Assembly (NCBI GenBank): GCA_963677925.2
Contig: CAXXYH010000003.1
Location: 768,001 to 832,000 of the forward strand
Reading direction: 5' to 3'
Length of the DNA stretch: 64,000 nucleotides
Origin: Spirochaetia bacterium
Lineage (GTDB): Bacteria; Spirochaetota; Spirochaetia; UBA9216
The first letter of the stretch is position 1; every line of letters starts with the position of its first letter. The notes under the pieces are model-generated. The model saw only the letters and a list, made by a program, of their open reading frames with translations. It searched no databases and was not told the DNA's origin. The translations under genes were made by a program, and so were the position numbers. This document shows, one piece after another, positions 50,263 through 60,586 of this stretch.

Positions 50263-50937
50263 TCAATCCTCCAGGAAAATTATGCCGTCGGGAAGTTCAT
50301 TTATATCGTCTTTTTGAACAGGAAAATGTTTCTCAAGCTCTTCACCGCATTTATTGATAGCCTTTACCAGCCCTGCTGCAGCCTTTCCGGCCTTTATGTC
50401 TGATACAACATCCTTTAAAACAGTATCCCAGAAACCGGGGTCTACTTTTCCGTCAATGCCGCTGTCAGCAAGTATCTCAAGCCGTCTCTCTCTCAGAGAC
50501 AGATAAAATAAGATTCCGGTTCGATCAGCCGTCATACGTATTCCCGATTCGGAAAAACAGGCCAGAGCACGTCTGTGGACCTTTTTACTTATCACTTCTG
50601 AAGGGACTATTATTCTGTCAAAGCCGGGAATATTCGCAAGAAAGTAGAAAATACTGACAACTGCTGCAGTGCTGAGTCCGTAAAAAAGCGGTATCCACCA
50701 CATCTGCGGATTCCAGGTGAATCCGTTTATCCAGGTGCTTACCGGTTTATAGAGAAGCAGCATTACTATGAAATAGACAGCACCTGTAATTAGAGAGAAC
50801 ATCAGCTCATAATAGTTATAATCTGAACTTTCCCTTATAACAGCTGTTACAACCTCACCTGAACTCTTTTTTTCAACAGCAGCCGCAGCCTCATTTATTT
50901 GTTTAATTTCATCATCTGTTAATCTGAATGATTTCAT
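50263..50937 (-). CDS. TPM-domain membrane protein
   Basis: EKKSSGE, RTGILFYLS, ILADSGI, NELPD; typical LemA operon member. Confidence 0.85.
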   Translation of the reverse strand: MKSFRLTDDEIKQINEAAAAVEKKSSGEVVTAVIRESSDYNYYELMFSLITGAVYFIVMLLLYKPVSTWINGFTWNPQMWWIPLFYGLSTAAVVSIFYFLANIPGFDRIIVPSEVISKKVHRRALACFSESGIRMTADRTGILFYLSLRERRLEILADSGIDGKVDPGFWDTVLKDVVSDIKAGKAAAGLVKAINKCGEELEKHFPVQKDDINELPDGIIFLED

Positions 50938-50946
50938 GAAACCTTC

Positions 50947-51555
50947 CTAAAATTCTACTTTCGGAGCAGTTTCTGCACCGCTTGAAGCTTCAAAATACGG
51001 TTTTTCCCTGAAGCCTGAAAGATTGGCAATTATCATCCTGGGGAACTGCTTAATATAAGTGTTATAAGTTCGTACCTGCTCATTGAAACGCTGTCGTTCC
51101 ACTGCTATACGGTTTTCAGTGCCTTCAAGCTGATCCTGCAGTGCCAGAAAGTTCTGATTCGACTTTAATTCAGGATAATTCTCTGTGACAACAAGAAGAC
51201 GCTGGAGAGCCCCGCTTAATTCTCCCTGTGCCTGCTGGAATCTCTCGAATGATTCAGGGTTATTCAGAACTTCGTCGGATATATTCATAACACCCCCGGC
51301 TCTGGATCTGGCCTCGGTAACTGCGGTTAAAGTATCTTTTTCCTGTGCAGCATATCCTTTAACGGTTTCTACAAGATTAGGAATCAGATCAAATCTTCTC
51401 TGATAAACATTTTCAACCTGACTCCAGCTGGATTTTACTCCTTCATCAAGTGCTACCATCCTGTTATAGGTTCCTGCAAATGAACCGTAAATAATAAGGA
51501 CTATAACTACAATAATACCTACCGGGATAAGCCATTTCATGCCCTTTCCTGCCAT
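50947..51555 (-). CDS. lemA: LemA family protein
   Basis: YQRRFDLIPNLVETVKGYA, ENYPELKSN, TENRIAVER. Confidence 0.95.
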   Translation of the reverse strand: MAGKGMKWLIPVGIIVVIVLIIYGSFAGTYNRMVALDEGVKSSWSQVENVYQRRFDLIPNLVETVKGYAAQEKDTLTAVTEARSRAGGVMNISDEVLNNPESFERFQQAQGELSGALQRLLVVTENYPELKSNQNFLALQDQLEGTENRIAVERQRFNEQVRTYNTYIKQFPRMIIANLSGFREKPYFEASSGAETAPKVEF

Positions 51556-51635
51556 TTAAATCTCCTGTAATTTATAAATTATTTTATTTATCAGATTACC
51601 TGATAATACATAGTACAATTAAATACACCGAATAT

Positions 51636-51998
51636 TCACTGCATATTAAGCATAGCGCCGGAAATATAAGGTATAAGCCAGATTATCCAGACAATGATAC
51701 TGAAGCGGTGAAAAGTTTTCTTCATTTTTTCATTTTTTTTGATGATAACAATCGTAGCCCACAAGGCATGAAAAATCATAAGTATTATTGCTATTAAACC
51801 GGTTAAAGCATGCAGATTGAGGCTTATTGCACCGGCAACAGCCGACATAGCTGCAGTTCCGACAGTATCAAAAACAAGCCCGGCCCAGAACATTGAGAGA
51901 TTCCAGACTTTAAGTCCGCCTGACAGTTTTTCACCCCATACTCCGATCGTATAAAAAACCAGGGCCAGTGTTATTGATATAATTGCAGGTATAAGCAA
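51636..51998 (-). CDS. HsmA-family small membrane protein
   Basis: ALVFYTIGVW, FWAGLVFDTVGT, HALTG, HALWA, VWIIWLIPY. Confidence 0.75.
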   Translation of the reverse strand: MLIPAIISITLALVFYTIGVWGEKLSGGLKVWNLSMFWAGLVFDTVGTAAMSAVAGAISLNLHALTGLIAIILMIFHALWATIVIIKKNEKMKKTFHRFSIIVWIIWLIPYISGAMLNMQ

Positions 51999-52084
51999 AT
52001 CGATACTCCTATTGTATCAATATACCTAGTATATTTTTTATAATCAACAAAAGAGATTTCAATTTATTTTGGACATTTTGTGTA

Positions 52085-52113
52085 TTGCAGTGCAGTGTCC
52101 TAGGTTATATAAT
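52085..52113 (+). promoter_or_regulatory. Sigma70-type promoter of the candidate sRNA
   Basis: TTGCAG-17-TATAAT. Confidence 0.7.
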
Positions 52114-52119
52114 CTTATT

Positions 52120-52192
52120 AAGGAAAATTCTGATTCTCCTCTTTCAGGATTTTTCCGGCTGTTCGGGTGTTACCCGGGCAGCCTTTTTTTTT
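52120..52192 (+). ncRNA. Candidate ~72-nt small RNA with an anti-SD loop
   Basis: Hairpin GGAAAATTCTGA/TCAGGATTTTTCC with loop TTCTCCTCTT, then terminator GGCTGTTCGGG/CCCGGGCAGCC and T9; no + strand gene to terminate. Confidence 0.65.
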
Positions 52193-52243
52193 GTCAAATT
52201 CTGCTTTTTAACCTCATTGATTAACAATTATTATATCTGAGTA

Positions 52244-52277
52244 TAAAAAAACCGCCAGCCTATTGGACTGACGGTCT
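52244..52277 (-). terminator. Terminator of the crotonase-family gene
   Basis: A-run followed by an imperfect ACCGCCAGCC...GGACTGACGGT stem. Confidence 0.6.
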
Positions 52278-52297
52278 GAATAATCATAAATATGTGA

Positions 52298-53293
52298 TTA
52301 TTTGATAGCGACTTCGAATTCTCCACCGCCGATTTTTGGTCTAACAACCTTACCCTCTTTTTCTGCAGCCAGAACGAGTCTTGCTTCTTCATGCGCATCG
52401 TCCCAGTATTTTGCCTCATGTGGTGAATGGTCAGTTGCAGTAACCCACATTTCAGAAGCAAAGCTGGCTCTAAGTTCATTTGCAATATCTTCCTTCCATG
52501 GCTTCCTGAGAATCTGAGTTGTAATTCTTCTTGTTGTTCTACCTGCAGCATGCATGATAAGTTCAGCAATTTCCCATGCTCTCTTGTATGCAGCATCAAC
52601 ATCTTCACAGATTTCGTTAATCATTCCATATTCAAGAGCCATTTTTGCTGTGATGATCTGACCGGTAAGCTCTGCATAAGCAAATCTCTTTCTTCCCATC
52701 AGCTCTCTCCATGCAATCTGGATACCGTCACCGGGAACCATGTTTGTTCTGAAGTGCATTTCAGTTGTCCATGCATCCTTTGTTGCTAGTGTGATGTCGC
52801 TGAAAAGAACGAGGTCAGTGTGGTAGGAAGCACCAGTCCATACACCTATTGTAGGAACTTCAAGGTCAAAAATCTGACCTTCGATGTCATTTGTTCCATC
52901 GTAGTACTGGTAATCGTACATCTTCCATGATTCTTCAGGTTCAGAACCGTACTCACGACAGGGCATCCACTCGCCGGTTTCCCTGTTGATTCTTCCAATT
53001 CCCTTGAATACGTCAGGTCCGATACCACCGAGGATGATTACCTCATTATCAGGGTCCCGTCCGGCCCAGTCAAAAAAGTAATGAAGGCCCTGATGAAGCT
53101 CGGCACTCCACTGTACAGGTCCGCCATGTGTATGCATTCTTGCTTCAAGGATTCCGTTCTTTCTTGTCATTTTCAGACAATTTTTCAGCTTCTCTGAATA
53201 CTCTTCGAAAGGCATGTGAGGAATTGTATAGAGTTCCTCATGTGGAATTTCTTTTCTTTTGTTCCAATCTGATTCATAATTGGCTTTAATCAT
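52298..53293 (-). CDS. Crotonase-superfamily protein, 6-oxocamphor hydrolase (beta-diketone hydrolase)-like
   Basis: RMHT, YHTD, HFRTNMVPGDG..IAW, ALEYGMINEI. Confidence 0.75.
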   Translation of the reverse strand: MIKANYESDWNKRKEIPHEELYTIPHMPFEEYSEKLKNCLKMTRKNGILEARMHTHGGPVQWSAELHQGLHYFFDWAGRDPDNEVIILGGIGPDVFKGIGRINRETGEWMPCREYGSEPEESWKMYDYQYYDGTNDIEGQIFDLEVPTIGVWTGASYHTDLVLFSDITLATKDAWTTEMHFRTNMVPGDGIQIAWRELMGRKRFAYAELTGQIITAKMALEYGMINEICEDVDAAYKRAWEIAELIMHAAGRTTRRITTQILRKPWKEDIANELRASFASEMWVTATDHSPHEAKYWDDAHEEARLVLAAEKEGKVVRPKIGGGEFEVAIK

Positions 53294-53553
53294 TTAAATC
53301 ACTCCTTAATACTATATTGCCGCCATCATAGCTTACAAGTAATCGTATTATACATATTCATAACTTTGACGACATGATAAAGAAAATAAATTTTATAACT
53401 ATCCTCATAAGAGGGTGTAGCTTCAAAAATAATTTAGATATAGTCTGTCTAAATGGTTAACTTCACCAATACTATAACAGGTATTCGCGGGTTTATGTGG
53501 TATCAAAATTAACTATTATACTTACAAATTTGTAGATCCGGCTGATTAAAAAT

Positions 53554-56292
53554 CTACTTGGTTTTCAGATTAAAAACACCATCCCAGTTTGCAGGAGGAG
53601 CCTTTCTCTGATGATCTATACAGCGCTTGATATAAATTCCTGAGGGGCCGTCATCCGGTATAAGCTCTGTAACATTTCTAAACAGCTCAAGAGCATCCTG
53701 CCAGTCCTTGTTTTCAAAATGAAAAAGACCTCTGTGAAAGATATCCACAGCTTCAATCATTTTTTCATCCGCATATTCTGTTTCATCAATAAGTTCATAC
53801 AGTCTCACTGGTTCATTTATGCCGACTACGCGAACCCTGTCAAGTTTACGAAGCAGGAATTCATCACCTATTTCCTCAGCAGTTGATGCACTTATAAGCT
53901 TCCAGCATTCATACTGCTTGTTGACACCTTCAAGCCTGGCAGCAAGGTTAACAGAATTACCCATTATTGTGTAATCCATTTTTTTGGCGGTACCCATATT
54001 TCCGACAACCATATTGCCTGTATTGACGCCTATTCTTGTCAGCATATCTGTATCTATCAAACCTTCTTCTCTTAGCTTACTGTTAAGAATTACTTCTTCT
54101 TTCTTCATCCTTACTGCGGCACGGCATGCCCTGACCGCATGATCAGAGAAATCAACAGGAGCTCCAAAGAAGGCAATAATTGCATCACCCTCATATTTGT
54201 CTATGGTCCCCCCCTGCTCCATTATTATGTTGCTCATTGCGGTAAGATACTTATTAAGGAGATTTACAAGCTCACCGGGAGCCATATTTTCTGAAAAAGT
54301 GGAGAATCCCTTTATATCGGTGAACATGGCTGTCATATGCTTTTCAACGCCGCCAAGCTGCAGATCATCACGGTCCTTTATAAGATTTTCAATAACAGCA
54401 GGGGCCAGATAATGACCGAATGCATTCCTTATATAACTTTTTTCCTTGGCTGTCTCAACAAACTTCATAAAACTCATAAATATAAAGATTCCGAAAACAG
54501 AAAGAACCGGAGCAAGCAAGTGTATGTAAACTCCAAGCAGGAGAAAGACAGCAACCTCAGCACCCGCAATTATAAGGATGGTTACGATGCCCCATATGAT
54601 CGACGGTCTGGCATCCAGCTTTCTGATTATGAGGATCAGCATCAATGAGAACAGAACAGCTATTGCTATAGAGATCCACTCCGGGGCATCATCAAGAAAT
54701 GAATCCTGGATAATCATATTCATCAAAGAGGCATGGGTTCCTACGTTTGCATATTCCTTTGAAAACGGATTAACTCCGCGATCAAATGTCGATGTAGCAG
54801 AAGAACCTATTATGCAGAAGGAGCCTTCCACACTGCTTTTGATAATATCCCTTGTCTTTATATAATCTTCAAAAATAGCGCGGACCTGTCCAAAGTTTGT
54901 CTTAACCTGCCGTGCTATAGAGGTATATTCAGCTATTTCATCCTCAGAGAGTCCTTCTGTGGAAAGTATATCTTCTATCTGAGCTGAAATTACAGCTTCG
55001 GTATCGCCGTTCAGGAATTTATCAACCTCCGAAAAGAAATACTCCCTTGAATCACGGTAATCGGCAAAGTAATCAAGATCGCCGCCGTTGAGGATTTCGG
55101 TACGGATTGACTGCGCATATTCATATCCTGCAAAAATATCTGGATCGCCATTGTAATAATAAAAATACTGATCATCTTCAAGCAGTTTAAGATTTTTTAT
55201 CAGGTCGGCTTCCTGCCAGTCATGCAGAACAAGATAATAGAACGAAAGATGTCTGAAACTGTCCATGTAATCCTTTGCAGGCCAATTAATAAGAACTGTA
55301 CCGTCTTCTGCTCTGGGGATAGTAATATCCTTTTTAACACCGGTACCGGGAATTTCAGCATCCTTAAAAACGATTTCTCTGTCAGTCAGTTCAACATGGG
55401 GTCTGCCCAGCCAGTCAAGGAATGGAGTCATCACAAGCTGGGGAAAATATTTCCCTTCATATTCAATAAATGTATCTATCCGGCGTCTCACACCATCCGG
55501 ATCTATTATAATATTCGGGAACCCTGCCCCCATAGAATTCTGATACAGCAGTTCAAGGGCAGGATCAATACTTACGGATTTTTTTATATTTTCCGTCTCT
55601 ACCGAAATATCATCATAGGGGATATTTTCCATAATCCATTTTCTGAATGATTCGTCTATTACCACTTCATCAAGCATCTGCATATTCACAGTAAAGTAAA
55701 CATCACCATACAGCCTCGAGGCCTGTGCAAAGTATTCATCATTGTCTTTTGTAATATACTGGACTCTTTCAAGAAGCAAATCTCTGGTCTGGTGTCGTTA
55801 AGATCAGCAAGTTCCAATATATAGTCTGAAGCCTCTTCTATTGAAAGGGAACCGGCTGCCACAGCAGCAAATAATTCGATTATGTTGTCGTTTATTATCT
55901 CAAAGTTCTCATCAAATACAGCCGTGGAGTTCACTGTTAAGATAATCAGGATCAACAGCCACAGGACTTTTCTGAATATACTCAATATCAAAAACAGCAG
56001 CTCCTGAACCAAGCTCTTTCATGGTGATAAGCCCGTCTGCCACAATATTCCTGCTCCAGGGCCAGACTCCGACCTTCTCGATGGATGTGTCATCAATATC
56101 GACAAGTAATATCCTGTCATCTTCCGGGATTTCATTCTTAACCTTCAGCAGCGTGTCATACAGACGGTTTTCAAGTCTGTCAAAACCTCCGAAAAGCGAT
56201 ATGAAAGAAAGAGCTATTACTATCAGAATTGCAACAATGACTTTATAATCCACTTTACCATCCCAAAATCTGTATTTAAAAATTGAAAGCAA
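53554..56292 (-). pseudogene. CHASE2-domain class III adenylate cyclase, interrupted by two indels (or sequence errors)
   Basis: LVDIDD..GVWPWSR, FDIEY, DPDGVRRR; FTDIKGFS, DKYEGDA, YTIMGNSVNLAARLE; three overlapping ORFs joined by shifts near 55925 and 55788. Confidence 0.8.
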
Positions 56293-56348
56293 TGATTTGC
56301 AGGGGCTACAATTTCCTAGTAGTATAATGCATATAATGGAGAAAAGGT

Positions 56349-56813
56349 ATGCAAAAAATTAAAGTTTTTCTAAGCATCGTATTTCTGGTATTTATTTCTT
56401 CCGTATTTCAACTTTATGCACAATCAGCGGAAATCATAGACAACATTATTGAATCGCAGGGTATCAGCTATGGTGAAGCATCATATCTTGCCGCACTGGG
56501 TACTGGCCTTGCTGATGATGAAGCAGATATTCAAACAGCTTTTACTATTATGAGCAGCAGAGATTTTAACAAAAATTCAAAAACCGCTGATCAGCCGGCA
56601 ACTCTTGGTGAGTTCGCTTATTTACTTATGGAATCTCTGGAGATTAAGGGCGGACTGATGTACAGTTTGTTTCCCTCGCCTCGGTATGCAGTACGAGAAC
56701 TTGTATATCTTGGTATCATTGACTTTGAAGCACATCCGGGAAACAAGCTCAGAGGGACAGATGCCCTGAACATGCTTTCAGAATTATTAAGCCTGCAGGA
56801 GGCTGAACAGTGA
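56349..56813 (+). CDS. Exported hypothetical protein
   Basis: Signal peptide, GGLMYSLFPSPRYA motif; overlaps the next gene (GTGA). Confidence 0.7.
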   Translation: MQKIKVFLSIVFLVFISSVFQLYAQSAEIIDNIIESQGISYGEASYLAALGTGLADDEADIQTAFTIMSSRDFNKNSKTADQPATLGEFAYLLMESLEIKGGLMYSLFPSPRYAVRELVYLGIIDFEAHPGNKLRGTDALNMLSELLSLQEAEQ

Positions 56814-58221
56814 AAAAATTAAACATATTTATTTTTACAGTAATAGTTATCAGCCATCCCCTTTCTACAGTATCAGCTGTAGATTTCGGCGGCTCGCTTG
56901 CCTCATCCACCGCATATTCAACAGCGGAGACGGAAGCATTCAGAATGAAGAGGCAGTCGGGCTCTGGTTTGAATCAGGCCGGGGTGAACATCTCGCATTT
57001 GAAACAAAGCTGGATCTGATTTTTTCAGCTTCTCCGCTCGGGTTCTATATCAATCCTGACTATCTTAAACTTACTTCGGTTTATGAAAACACCGATTTCG
57101 GCCCTGATCTACTCAACACCACAATCGGAAGATTCACAGCCTCGGATTTCAGCTCCATGGTAATAAATCAGAAGCTTGACGGAGCTTCAGTAAGTTTCAG
57201 TTATCCTGAAGTTGAATTATCCATGACTGCGGGATATACCGGGCTCTTTTTTAACAGAACAGGAAGCCTCCTCACTACATCTCCGCTTACAATACTTTCA
57301 AAAACCGATACAGCATCCTATGAAAATGGAACCCTGCTGCAGAGCCCGAGGGCTGTAGAAATGATATCTGTCAATGTTCCGCAGCTGTTCGCGCGACAGA
57401 ATCTCTTTTTCAGCCTGATTTTACAGGAGGATCTGAGAGGTCTTCAGGACACAATAGGAGCCTATTCATCTGATTATTTACCGGTACTCCTGCAGGAAGG
57501 AGAAGAGACTTTCTACGCAGGTAGAGGCGGTGCCGTTGATACTCAGTATACCGGAATAGGTTTATCCGGACCTGTTATAGATTCACTGTATTACAGAGCA
57601 TACTACTACTTCGGAACCGGACGTAGCCTTTCATATCTTGCAGATTCAGAAAGTGAAACGGGCTTTTCATATCAGTACACTGATATTTTTTCCCATATGA
57701 CTGGAATGAATATAGATTACTACCTGACTGATATCCTCTATTCTGTTATCAGTCTGAGTTTTAATTTTGCAACCGGAGATGCGGATGCAGAAAGTTATTT
57801 TGAAGGTAATACAGCAGGTAACTACACCCAGTTCACACCTGTATCACCGGTTTCTACCGCTCTTGTGTTTAATCCGGGTGTTTCAAACATAATTTCCACT
57901 GCCCTCAGTTACTCAATAAAGCCGCTCTCATCAAGCAGTCTTTCATATATAGATTCTGCGCAGATAGTGTTCAAGGCTATTCCCTTCTTCCTTGCCGAAA
58001 CAGGTGCCCCGCTGCTCTACAACGGGATAAATCCTGATATTGCAGGAAATTACCTGGGAACTGAGATAGACTTAACTATGAACTTCAGGCCGTTTTCGGA
58101 TCTTGGCGGTATACTTCAGACCGGGCTTTTTTTGCCTGCTGCGGATGCATTTGCAGAAGGCTCAGAGTTTGATACAAGCGCGGTATTCCTGGCCCGTCTG
58201 ACTTTATCGGTCAGCTACTGA
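56810..58221 (+). pseudogene. Putative outer-membrane beta-barrel protein, frameshifted near 56940 (or a sequence error)
   Basis: After ...ETEAF the shifted frame reads open (NEEAVGLWFE...GRFTASDFSSM) into ORF 57157; alternating beta strands, YLGTEIDL, C-terminal ARLTLSVSY. Confidence 0.65.
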
Positions 58222-58275
58222 TCGAAGTTCAGTACCAGACATATTGCATGGTTAAATGTTCAGGAGGACAAAACT

Positions 58276-58941
58276 ATGAAAAAAACCGTATTATTATTTA
58301 TGATTTTCCTTATAAGTATTCCGGTTTTTGCTGCTTCAAATGCAGTAGTAAAGGAAACTAAGGGTAAAGTAGAGTTTATGAAACCCGGCAGCAGCAGCTG
58401 GGTTAAAGCCTCGCCCGGTGATGAAATACCGGAAGGTTCTACAATTTCCACAGGATTCAGGTCTTCTGCAGTGATAGAGGCCGGTGAATCTGTTTTGACA
58501 ATAGACGCGCTCACTAGAATCGAACTTGAAGAACTTATGCAGCAGGGAGGCAATCAGACTACAGGCCTATTTCTGCGTGTCGGAAAGGTAAATGCAGAAG
58601 TTAAGCGTGATACCGGGCTTACTCATAATTTCAGACTCAGAAGTCCCTCATCAACAGCTGCAGTTAGAGGAACCAATTTTACATTTGACGGAAGAAAGCT
58701 CATCGTTAACCGCGGAGCCGTAGCCCTCATCGGTCAGGCGCTTGCCCGTGAAATGCTTGTGCAGGCAAATGAAAAAAGCCGCATGGGCAGAGACGGCAGA
58801 GCTACTGACCCGGCCGACGAGAAACAGGATGACTCATCAACTGACGGAAGCACAGTTAAAACTGAAAACGGCGGACCGTCAGGCCCAATGGGAAGCTACA
58901 GTTATTCATCATACGGCTCGCTTGAGATAATAATTGAGTAA
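58276..58941 (+). CDS. Exported FecR-domain protein
   Basis: Signal peptide, GKVE, ISTGFRSSA, SPSSTAAVRGTNF. Confidence 0.85.
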   Translation: MKKTVLLFMIFLISIPVFAASNAVVKETKGKVEFMKPGSSSWVKASPGDEIPEGSTISTGFRSSAVIEAGESVLTIDALTRIELEELMQQGGNQTTGLFLRVGKVNAEVKRDTGLTHNFRLRSPSSTAAVRGTNFTFDGRKLIVNRGAVALIGQALAREMLVQANEKSRMGRDGRATDPADEKQDDSSTDGSTVKTENGGPSGPMGSYSYSSYGSLEIIIE

Positions 58942-58952
58942 GGAGGCATAGA

Positions 58953-60434
58953 ATGAAAAAGATAAGTATTTTTATAATTACCGCCGCTGTTCTTGCAGCC
59001 TTATTTTCCTGTGAAGGTATAAATACCGCTTCAGGCAGTATTACAATGGACTTCTCCTCAATCCTCGAAAAATCTGTAACTTCATCAGCAGATACTGCCA
59101 GAGTGTGGGTTGTACCGGATGGTATGAACAGTTTCTATGATCTTAATCCGGCAGAAGAAGCAATTGTTTATTTTGAAACAGCCCTGACTGATACTGCTGA
59201 TGGAGCCTCATTTACAATAGAGGGAATTCCAGCGGGAATCAGCTACGATGTATATGTGACACTCGGAGCAACAGACAGCGATGGATTATTTACTGCATTA
59301 CAGACAGCAAACAGCACTGCGCCGGTATATGTTGCAGGTACAGGAAGTTCGACAGGCGTCCTGACTGCTCAAACGGCAGTTGCATCACAGGTTACTACCA
59401 TGACAGGCAAAGATATTGTAGGTGTTGTGTACACTAATTCAACCCTGTTTGCTGCTGATTCAGCTACGCTATATTACGGAGCCTCTACAGCCAATCTAAC
59501 CGGCTATTCATTCAATTCTATCACTGAGGGTAAATATTGGGATGGAGCTTCCACCAAACCGGCGGTTTTTATCAGTACCGACACATCTTCAGCCGGAACC
59601 AGAAATGGAATTATTGCCTATGATACAGTCGCTCATTCCATGCATACATCATTTTCCGACGGTATCAACTCAACCCTGATCAGCTCTTCAACATTTTCCG
59701 TCATAGACACCAATATTTTTGATTTAGCTCCGGATACACATGAAGTCTTTATTTCTCAGTTAGATGCAGGAATAATGATAAATTATTATGATTATTCAAA
59801 CGGCAATTCTTACTGGAGCAGCGTGGATCTGAGTGATCTTGTATCTGATCTTGGAATTACACTTGAAGGCAGACTTGTCAGAGATATGCTTGTAGTAGAT
59901 ATTGACGGCTCTAATGGATGGGTATATTTCCTTTCAAAAGCCGGTAACTACCGGGTTAACGTTAGTTACGAAACAGGGCCATCTGATACAGAAACCTATT
60001 CGGACTATTTTCCCAAACCGCCTGTATCAACCGAAGCAACAATGTATGAAAAACGGATTTACTCAATAGAAGAAACTGGCGGGACTCTGTATTTCGGCAC
60101 AAGTGACGGAATATGGACCGCAGATGTCGGTACTGACGAGGCACTGGAGAATCAGCAGCAGATTGCTGCGGATGAGATAAAGGTCACTATGATGGCCGTA
60201 AACAGCTCCGGAACCTTTCTGGCCTGTGTTACGCCTCTTGAACTTCTGATCATAGATCTCGGATCTTCTGCGTATTATACAGCAGCAGTCCCCTTTAACA
60301 GCGCACTGCCTGTAACAGATTATCTTTACGGTGATGAAGTTGGAATTACCGGTCTGGAATGGGAAGGTAACACACTTTATATATCAGGTGATTACGGAGT
60401 TTCATCAATTTCTGATGTATCTACCATTTTTTAA
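58953..60434 (+). CDS. Spirochaete-type lipoprotein, Ser/Thr-rich, probably beta-rich
   Basis: Lipobox LFSC; composition. Confidence 0.7.
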   Translation: MKKISIFIITAAVLAALFSCEGINTASGSITMDFSSILEKSVTSSADTARVWVVPDGMNSFYDLNPAEEAIVYFETALTDTADGASFTIEGIPAGISYDVYVTLGATDSDGLFTALQTANSTAPVYVAGTGSSTGVLTAQTAVASQVTTMTGKDIVGVVYTNSTLFAADSATLYYGASTANLTGYSFNSITEGKYWDGASTKPAVFISTDTSSAGTRNGIIAYDTVAHSMHTSFSDGINSTLISSSTFSVIDTNIFDLAPDTHEVFISQLDAGIMINYYDYSNGNSYWSSVDLSDLVSDLGITLEGRLVRDMLVVDIDGSNGWVYFLSKAGNYRVNVSYETGPSDTETYSDYFPKPPVSTEATMYEKRIYSIEETGGTLYFGTSDGIWTADVGTDEALENQQQIAADEIKVTMMAVNSSGTFLACVTPLELLIIDLGSSAYYTAAVPFNSALPVTDYLYGDEVGITGLEWEGNTLYISGDYGVSSISDVSTIF

Positions 60435-60455
60435 AAACAAATAATTATATCTTTC

Positions 60456-60491
60456 AGCAGACCGGTTAAATATTCCGGTCTGCTTTTTTTT
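60456..60491 (+). terminator. Intrinsic terminator
   Basis: AGCAGACCGG-9-CCGGTCTGCT followed by a T run. Confidence 0.85.
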
Positions 60492-60586
60492 CACCGAATT
60501 AATTACAATGAATTGATTCATTTGTTTTTACCGCAGGACTATCCTGTGATATAATCAAATAATCATTTGTTCAATACGGGTGTAAA

